Shown: positions 55,046-64,000 of the stretch, piece after piece
Numbering within the stretch: position 1 is the first letter of the stretch
How the letters are laid out: each line of letters starts with the position of its first letter
The notes under the pieces: model-generated
Told to the model about the DNA's origin: nothing
Seen by the model: the letters and a program-made list of their open reading frames with translations, nothing else
Databases searched by the model: none
Source of the DNA: Eledone cirrhosa
Lineage: Eukaryota
Direction: 5' to 3'
DNA: 64,000 bases
Assembly: GCA_964016885.1 (NCBI GenBank)
Contig: OZ024741.1
Coordinates: forward strand, 68,324,001 to 68,388,000
Translations under genes and position numbers: made by a program

Positions 55046-57868
55046 ATAATAATAAATTTGAAGACTAAAATCCAAAGAGGGCTCGATAAGGATAAATATA
55101 TATCAAATATATAAGAACCGTAGAGCAAATAAGTATATATATATATATATAGTATTAAGGGTACTATTTATGGTTATGTAAGCAATAAAACCTTTGATGG
55201 TAATATATTATATATACACAGACCCTAAATAGTGAGAGATAGTCTTTAGTTACTATCCTATTACCAGTAAGTTAAATAGCTCAATGTAATAACATCAGTT
55301 GTTATACAGAGCAGTTATATAGAGATTACAGTAATCAAAGTTCAGTTTAAGTCATTTATTTGCTTACAATTGTTTCCTCCAAACCGAGGTTTGGATTCTT
55401 CGGAGCAGTTATTTATAACATACTTGACCTCCTTTTCAACCCAAGAGACACATAAAACATATGCGCATATTGATCAACAGTGGGGTGACATTCATCAAAT
55501 GAAATAGCATGGCAATTTACATATAAAGTGTTACATGATAAAAATAAAGTGTTACATGATAATAATAAAATAAAATAAAATAAAATAAAAGCAAGAGTGA
55601 AAATAAAGATAAACATGAAGCGTTGGCAGTCTATGAAGATAAAGCAAGAGGAAAGCTTAGAGTAGTCAGTGCATGAAGCAATCTCGCGTGTAGCATGCAC
55701 GCTTGTCTTATCTATACATGATTAGAGTGCGTCAGAATGATATTTGCAGGGTCAGGCAGTTGAAGCAGGCAATCGATCTTATAATATATGCTGAATTATT
55801 AGGTCATTAATTCTCATACATCTGTATGATATACAGTCTCGGATGCGGGGAAACACCAAAATGTCAAAAACCTTCAACATACTATAAACCTTATTGTATC
55901 GTAGGCAAGGTCGTACCACTGTCCTTGCTCACACCACCACTCACATAATCCATGAGACGCAATATATATATAGAGAACATGCGTCTATCGTATAATTCGC
56001 AGTGGTTCAGCATATAGTCAAGCTATAAACGGTATCCAGTCGGTTCTTAATTAATATATCATGCTGTCCAAATTCCGGAAGTGCCTGAATGATTAAGGGG
56101 AACTAATGCGTAAGGGGAGGTAACTAGCTAGTTATTTTAGTTACATTACTATGCTAAACTACATTAATGGTGAATCAAATAGGTGCCTATCATGTGAAGT
56201 TATAACTAATATCTAGAGTATGGTACCCATTTATAGGTTAGGGAGTTGTTCATTAAGAAGTACAAGGGTGTATATACTAGGATGATTGCCAACCAATAAT
56301 TAAGGGGTGTCATACCTGAACGTTCTATAAGAGGAGTCGGACTCTCAAGTCACTGTTCAATGCAAATGTAATACAACAGTAGGACCTGGTATGGTCCCAC
56401 TATTATATATGTCACCCGGTATGCTCCGGGTCATTGCTTGCCTGAATCTCCAGTAAATCTTCGGTATTGTCTGTAGACTACTTATTCTGCATTGCACAAA
56501 TATAAGATTAGTATAAAATGGGGACACGGTACTGGTTGTGATAGCATAGTCCTGTACATGGATTACCACCAAGAGATAGATTGATGAATAGATAGATAAT
56601 CATATTGTTAAGTGAGTATATACTGTAAGCGATCAGTTCATTGAATTATGCACGTAATCATCTTGATGTGGACTCCTTTAATACCTATTGATAGACTCCA
56701 CTCTAGCTTGGAGATGTGATACATAATTGATTTATATTTGAGACGGGGGTTGTCTATTACCTGATGGCCAGACTAGTGCGTTTATGTGAGAGATCGGATC
56801 TCCAGACCATACCGAAGATTTACTGGAGATGCAGGCAAGCAATGACCCGGAGCATACCGGGTGACATATATAATAGTGGGACCATACCAGGTCCTACTGT
56901 TGTATTACATTTGCATTGAACAGTGACTTGAGAGTCCGACTCCTCTTATAGAACGTTCAGGTATGACACCCCTTAATTATTGGTTGGCAATCATCCTAAT
57001 ATATACACCCTTGTACTTCTTAATGAACAACTCCCTAACCTATAAATGGGTACCATACTCTAGATATTAGTTATAACTTCACATGATAGGCACCTATTTG
57101 ATTCACCATTAATGTAGTTTAGCATAGTAATGTAACTAAAATAACTAGCTAGTTACCTCCCCTTACGCATTAGTTCCCCTTAATCATTCAGGCACTTCCG
57201 GAATTTGGACAGCATGATATATTAATTAAGAACCGACTGGATACCGTTTATAGTTTGACTATATGCTGAACCACTGCGAATTATACGATAGACGCATGTT
57301 CTCTATATATATATTGCGTCTAATGGATTATGTGAGTGGTGGTGTGAGCAAGGACAGTGGTACGACCTTGCCTACGATACAATAAGGTTTATAGTATGTT
57401 GAAGGTTTTTGACATTTTGGTGTTTCCCCGCATCCGAGACTGTATATCATACAGATGTATGAGAATTAATGACCTAATAATTCAGCATATATTATAAGAT
57501 CGATTGCCTGCTTCAACTGCCTGACCCTGCAAATATCATTCTGACGCACTCTAATCATGTATAGATAAGACAAGCGTGCATGCTACACGCGAGATTGCTT
57601 CATGCACTGACTACTCTAAGCTTTCCTCTTGCTTTATCTTCATAGACTGCCAACGCTTCATGTTTATCTTTATTTTCACTCTTGCTTTTATTTTATTTTA
57701 TTTTATTTTATTATTATCATGTAACACTTTATTTTTATCATGTAACACTTTATATGTAAATTGCCATGCTATTTCATTTGATGAATGTCACCCCACTGTT
57801 GATCAATATGCGCATATGTTTTATGTGTCTCTTGGGTTGAAAAGGAGGTCCAGTATGTTATAAATAAC

Positions 57869-57915
57869 TGCTCCGAAGAATCCAAACCTCGGTTTGGAGG
57901 AAACAATTGTAAGCA
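57869..57915 (+). ncRNA. pLTR hammerhead motif, CCGAAGA core (copies at 55361-55407 - and 62219-62266 +)
   Basis: tgct CCGAAGA a tccaaacc-tc-ggtttgga g GAAAC aatt GTA agca. Confidence 0.8.
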
Positions 57916-58171
57916 AATAAATGACTTAAACTGAACTTTGATTACTGTAATCTCTATATAACTGCTCTGTATAACAACTGATGTTATTACATTGAGCTAT
58001 TTAACTTACTGGTAATAGGATAGTAACTAAAGACTATCTCTCACTATTTAGGGTTTGTGTATATATAATATATTACCATCAAAGGTTTTATTGCATACAT
58101 AACCATAAATAGTACCCTTAATACTAATAACTGCTCCATTTTGTTGAGCTGATATACCATAAATTACCAGC

Positions 58172-60656
58172 ATGCTGATCAAAGACCAACTCCCTATGTC
58201 AACCAAGAACATACCTTTACCAACCAAAAATACACATGAAAAGTTGTTGATCAACAGTGTAAACTCCTTTATCAATAGAGTGAGATGGAGGACATTCCAT
58301 TACGATAGAAATAAATCTGGCAAGGATAATAACACCAACAAATTTGACTCCTTCGGCTTTAAAACATTTAGAAGCCCCCCTCATAACACACTATTAAACC
58401 TCTTCGAAAACGACCTAATTAAACTAGTTAAAAACATTAAATACAAAAAACACCATAATAAAAACAACACCTTCTTAAACAAACTTAGCACCTCTATTAA
58501 TGACTTCAAATCTAGTAGTAAAATTGTTGTACATGCCGACAAAACTAATAACATATACAGCCTAGATTATAATACGTATAGAAAGTTTATATATAATGAA
58601 CTACATAAAAACTACAAAAAAACCACTATGAAAAACTTAGAAGATATTAATATAGAAGGCTATAATATAGTATCCAAACTAGGGCTCCAGAGACATACAC
58701 AACCTTACACCCCAAACCCCCCTAGATTCTCTCTGAAGGACCATAAGGTAGACTTCATTAGCAACCCCTCGATTAGACTAATCTGCCCCTCCAGGTCTGA
58801 CATTGGCATTATCAGTAAAAAAAATCCTAGACAAAATCATCCCACAGATTAAACACAAAATTTACCTTAAGCAATGGGGAAATACGGGTGAGGTGATTGA
58901 ATGGTTCAAGAATATAATAGATAACAAGGATAAAAAATTTATCCAATTTGATATCAACTCTTACTACACCTCTATTTCCCCTATCCTACTAAATAAGGCA
59001 CTTATAATGGCCATGGACAATAGTGACTTGACTAGACCCCAGATTGATGTCATACTTGCGGCCCGTAAAACAATAATCACCTTTGAGGACCAATTATGGA
59101 CCCGCAAGGATACGCAAAACAACTTCGACATTACTATGGGGTCTAGTGACTCGGCGCAGGTCACTGATCTGGTTGGCCTATACTTACTTAACCTAATCCA
59201 CAGGGAACTTCCGTACCTCAGCGGTGGTTTGTATCGCGATGATGCACTTCTACTCATAGACTATAAAAAATTCAATATAGAAAGGACTAGAAAACTATTA
59301 CACAAAACATTCAAAAACATTAACCTTAGTATTACCATGGACAAAAACACCAAAAACGTCAACTTCCTAGACGCCACACTCTACTTAGACTCAATGATAT
59401 ATACACCTTTCCACAAACCTAATGAAAAACTCATCTACGTAGATACCAAGTCTAACCACCCTAAATCTATATTGAACTCTATCTCTAAGGGAGTATCTAA
59501 TAGAATCTCTAATCTATCCTATGACATAAACACATTTAACAATAACTCGCAGTATTATAAACAGGCATTAGCTAGATCAGGCCATAATACAGGGATAGAG
59601 TTCCTACCTACAAAAACACATAGCTACAACATCATTTCACACAACATGTCCATGGGAAAATTTAATAATAAGAATAGCAACTGCACACACACTAATAGGA
59701 ATTGTAACAACAAGAGTAACCCGCACCACAGAATTGACCATAGGAACATTAAAGGAAACAAATCACCAGACATAAAAAACAGAAATAGAAGAAGAAATAA
59801 TACATTTTTCAACCCTCCTTTCAATTTAAACGTCTCTACCAACCTTCCTAGGACTTTCTTCTCACTACTAGATAAACACTTCCCATCCGGCCACAGGTAC
59901 CACGGCCTTTTAAACAAAAACACTATTAAGATCTCATACTCTACTACGCCTAACTTAGCATACCACATAGCTAGTACTAATAAAAGAAAAATTAATTCTT
60001 ACTTCCAACAAACTAAATCACAACGGTCGATAAACCTTCAAAATAACATTCATAATGACAATCAAAGTAACATTATAACAAATAACCGTAATATCAATGG
60101 AAATAGTAGTAATGACACTAGTATGAACATTAACGCTGCGTACCACAACCCGCATAACCATAACCCTATAGCTAACCTCCAAACTTCTACACAGCATAGT
60201 AACCGGCAGACTAGCACCCAGAGTAATTGTAACTGTAGATCAAGTAGAACCTGCCCTTTGGATAAAAAATGCTTAACCAAGGATATCATATACTCATGTA
60301 CAGTCACAACTAACAGCTCTTCTGAAACCTACATAGGCTCTACTTCTAACTGCTTCAAAACTAGATACAATTCGCACCTCCACTCTTTCAAAAAACACAG
60401 TCTAGCCAACTCCACTTCACTATCTAGCTACATACACTATCTAAAAACTAAAAATAAAATATATACACTTAAATGGGAAGTGGTAGGTAGTGCAACATCG
60501 TACAAACCACCTGATAAATTTTGTAACCTCTGTCTACTAGAGACCCATACTATCATCTTCTCTAAACGTAATCTCCTTAATAAAAAATCAGAAGTGTTCG
60601 CAAATTGCCAACACCGCTTCCGACGCTCGTTCCAAAACTTTAAACCCTATATATAA
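58172..60656 (+). CDS. PLE reverse transcriptase plus GIY-YIG endonuclease, ~827 aa, one extra A in an A8 run at 58817-58824
   Basis: ADKT, SLKDHK, FDINSYYTSI, TMGS, YRDD, NFLD, CNC-x5-C-x5-C, IIY...YIGST, CNLC, CQH; the two ORFs join if one A is removed. Confidence 0.88.
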
Positions 60657-62399
60657 TAATGTCAGACTGGAACCGGCACCACCCCTAGCAATTAACATCA
60701 GTAGCACACCTTACACCTCACATCCACACCCATCTCTATACTCCAAAGATAATACTGACAGCATTTGAGTGCCACCTACCCTGGGAATACCCCCTTATAC
60801 CTCTAATACCGATATACCGACCGTAGACTACTTATTCTGCATTGCACAAATATAAGATTAGTATAAAATGGGGACACGGTACTGGTTGTGATAGCATAGT
60901 CCTGTACATGGATTACCACCAAGAGATAGATTGATGAATAGATAGATAATCGTATTGTTAAGTGAGTATATAGTGTAAGCGATCAGTTCATTGAATTATG
61001 CACGTAATCATCTTGATGTGGACTCCTTTAATACCTATTGATAGACTCCACTCTAGCTTGGAGATGTGATACATAATTGATTTATATTTGAGACGGGGGT
61101 TGTCTATTACCTGATGGCCAGACTAGTGCGTTTATGTGAGAGATCGGATCTCCAGACCATACCGAAGATTTACTGGAGATGCAGGCAAGCAATGACCCGG
61201 AGCATACCGGGTGACATATATAATAGTGGGACCATACCAGGTCCTACTGTTGTATTACATTTGCATTGAACAGTGACTTGAGAGTCCGACTCCTCTTATA
61301 GAACGTTCAGGTATGACACCCCTTAATTATTGGTTGGCAATCATCCTAGTATATACACCCTTGTACTTCTTAATGAACAACTCCCTAACCTATAAATGGG
61401 TACCATACTCTAGATATTAGTTATAACTTCACATGATAGGCACCTATTTGATTCACCATTAATGTAGTTTAGCATAGTAATGTAACTAAAATAACTAGCT
61501 AGTTACCTCCCCTTACGCATTAGTTCCCCTTAATCATTCAGGCACTTCCGGAATTTGGACAGCATGATATATTAATTAAGAACCGACTGGATACCGTTTA
61601 TAGCTTGACTATATGCTGAACCACTGCGAATTATACGATAGACGCATGTTCTCTATATATATATTGCGTCTCATGGATTATGTGAGTGGTGGTGTGAGCA
61701 AGGACAGTGGTACGACCTTGCCTACGATACAATAAGGTTTATAGTATGTTGAAGGTTTTTGACATTTTGGTGTTTCCCCGCATCCGAGACTGTATATCAT
61801 ACAGATGTATGAGAATTAATGACCTAATAATTCAGCATATATTATAAGATCGATTGCCTGCTTCAACTGCCTGACCCTGCAAATATCATTCTGACGCACT
61901 CTAATCATGTATAGATAAGACAAGCGTGCATGCTACACGCGAGATTGCTTCATGCACTGACTACTCTAAGCTTTCCTCTTGCTTTATCTTCATAGACTGC
62001 CAACGCTTCATGTTTATCTTTATTTTCACTCTTGCTTTTATTTCATTTTATTTTATTTTATTATTATCATGTAACACTTTATTTTTATCATGTAACACTT
62101 TATATGTAAATTGCCATGCTATTTCATTTGATGAATGTCACCCCACTGTTGATCAATATTCGCATATGTTTTATGTGTCTCTTGGGTTGAAAAGGAGGTC
62201 AAGTATGTTATAAATAACTGCTCCGAAGAAATGCAAACCTCGGTTTGGAGGAAACAATTGTAAGCAAATAAATGACTTAAACTGAACTTTGATTACTGTA
62301 ATCTATATATATATATATATATATATCGACAGTCAATCGACTTTCGTCAAATCGGACCGAGGAAACAATGTTTCCGTTGGTCTTTCAAGTTGCTAATAC

Positions 62400-62497
62400 T
62401 GTCTATCGCAACTCCAGTAAAGTGTCTTGCTCAAGGAAACAACGCATCACCCGGTCCAGGAATCGAACTCTCTAAGCACTCTGCCACGCACCTTCAT
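62400..62497 (-). mobile_element. Second tRNA-derived SINE family fragment
   Basis: B-box gttcgattcc and cttgagcaagacactt on the - strand. Confidence 0.55.
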
Positions 62498-62521
62498 AAA
62501 AGTTCTTTTGTATATATATGG

Positions 62522-63200
62522 AAAAAATGAAACGAAATTTCATTTCTCACTCTTAATAAGTGTTACTTAAATATAAGTATGTATACGTACATACATATAT
62601 GTATACAGACGTACACTAGTATGTATATATATACATACATGCACATATATATATATATATATATATATATGTACGTATGGGTATACCGACAACTTATTAT
62701 AAAGCTCGGTTTGTTTGTAAACAAACAGCCCGAATTAAGCCGTACTGTGTTTAGCAACCATCGTTGCCCTTTTGTTCAACACTGACAAAGGAACGATGTA
62801 CTAGTTTCAAGCTTATTAGCTATCGTCAACATCGTATACCTTCCTGCCAGATGATTGAACATCTCAAAGTATATACTTTCCTTATGCATATTAACGGCTG
62901 AGCAGCCTAATTTGCATATCGAGTAAGTTAGTCGGCCGGGCGCACCGATAACGATAAATTGAAAAAATGAAACTAAATTTCATTTCTCACTCTTAGTACG
63001 GCTGTTACTTAAATATAAGTATGTATACGTACATACATATATGTATACAGACGTACAGTAGTATGTATATATATACATACATGCACACGTATATATATGT
63101 ACGTATGGGTTTACCGAACACTTATTATAATGCTCGGTTATAATGTACGTCTGTATACAAATATGTATGTACGTATACATACTTATATTTAAGTAACAGA
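62522..63200 (-). mobile_element. Family B tandem repeat (period ~440) with hammerhead at 62793-62835
   Basis: Unit start at 62522 and 62962; core reads TTGACGA. Confidence 0.8.
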
Positions 63201-63368
63201 ACCCGCAAAATGGTAGCACAGTGGTCCGGATAACCAAAGATGTGGATTCGATTCCCATGTACGTCAATACTCATCTTTTTCCATTTCTCCGAGGGTTCTT
63301 AACCCCACTATCAGGCTAAATAATTTCTTTAATTTCTTTAGTCAAAATACGGTGATATATATATATAT

Positions 63369-63936
63369 TACAACCTGTCTGATGGTCGGGTCGTTGGCGA
63401 CTAAACTGGCAACCCCACCAAGGTTTCTTGGTGAGGAGGGTGACTTTGGGCATCCTGCAGGACTAAAAACAAAACCTGTCAAAGGGCAAAGGAGCTCTTA
63501 AGAGTCAATGGCCATCCAAAATCACCGGGAGAGATGACCCCTTAGCCTTTGTCAAGGCAGAATTCTAGGAGAAGGAAAACTCTGATATAACACCTGCAAC
63601 CCTGATGGTATCCAATGATGTTGACTTGTTCTTCTTTTTGGTAAATATCATCTTAGTTAAGAGAGTGGGACTGGCCTTGTGCAGTGCCTTTACTCACTAT
63701 AAAAGCTTCACGGCACAGGCATTGCTTTATATCTGGAGATCTCTCTGCACTTGTCATCACATGGTACCATGGGCCCAGCACTATGTGTCAATGATTGTCA
63801 CAGGTGTAGTGTTTGTACCAGAGTTTTCAAGTCGCTGGCTGGACTAAAAAGTCACACTCGTTCAGCGCATCGGTAGGGGTTCTCCTACATGGATATAAAG
63901 TAGTGGCCGTACTCGAAAACGAGTTGGCAGCCACCA
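63369..63936. repeat. Dispersed ~570-bp repeat, copy 2
   Basis: Nearly identical to 19538-20104. Confidence 0.85.
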
Positions 63937-63990
63937 TATATGTATGTATGTATACAAAAGAACTTTTTATGAATGGAGATGTTCACTTAC

Positions 63991-64000
63991 CGTAAGTTAT
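63991..64000 (-). other. Possible 3' end of the next upstream chitin synthase exon
   Basis: Perfect donor cg|gtaagt at the window edge; phase 2 (cg|t = Arg) would fit, but only 10 nt are visible. Confidence 0.25.

Larger units (their letters stand above)
55150..62304 (+). mobile_element. Near-intact Penelope-like element (Hydra-type): inverted pLTR, direct pLTR, ORF, pLTR
   Basis: 55150-56473 is the reverse complement of 56803-58126; 56473-57953 matches 60823-62304; (TA)n on both sides. Confidence 0.95.

Noticed and set aside
58811-58830. Programmed ribosomal frameshift in the PLE ORF
   Set aside because: PLEs normally have a single ORF, and a homopolymer indel or sequencing error is simpler; I saw no clear stimulatory structure.
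55413-62213. 95-aa ORF MHATREIASC present three times
   Set aside because: It lies in the pLTR, so the repetition is explained; it is T-rich low complexity with no motif.

Overview
AT-rich, microsatellite-dense animal genomic DNA. The SINE, RTE and Dong repeat set suggests an octopus or other cephalopod (inference). One host gene is visible: a minus-strand, multi-exon chitin synthase (GT2) with 10 phase-consistent exons from 42014 down to the stop at 1063. It encodes about 1,400 aa with its 5' end missing, and carries a ~325-aa Ser/Thr-rich insertion inside the catalytic domain. The introns and upstream region are filled with mobile DNA. This includes a near-intact Penelope-like element (PLE) with direct and inverted pseudo-LTRs, two decayed relatives, a second PLE clade, a full-length but broken Tx1/L1 LINE, Dong/R4 and RTE fragments, hAT and mariner elements, many tRNA-derived SINEs, and an element with two Helitron-type 3' ends. 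The strongest signal not explained by the ORF track is about 20 minimal type I hammerhead-ribozyme motifs on both strands, in about 10 repeat families. They include CCGANGA and U3-A8 (UUGANAA) core variants, compensatory stem changes, and non-coding 315-470 nt tandem units resembling retrozymes. All calls were made by eye; no searches or folding programs were run.
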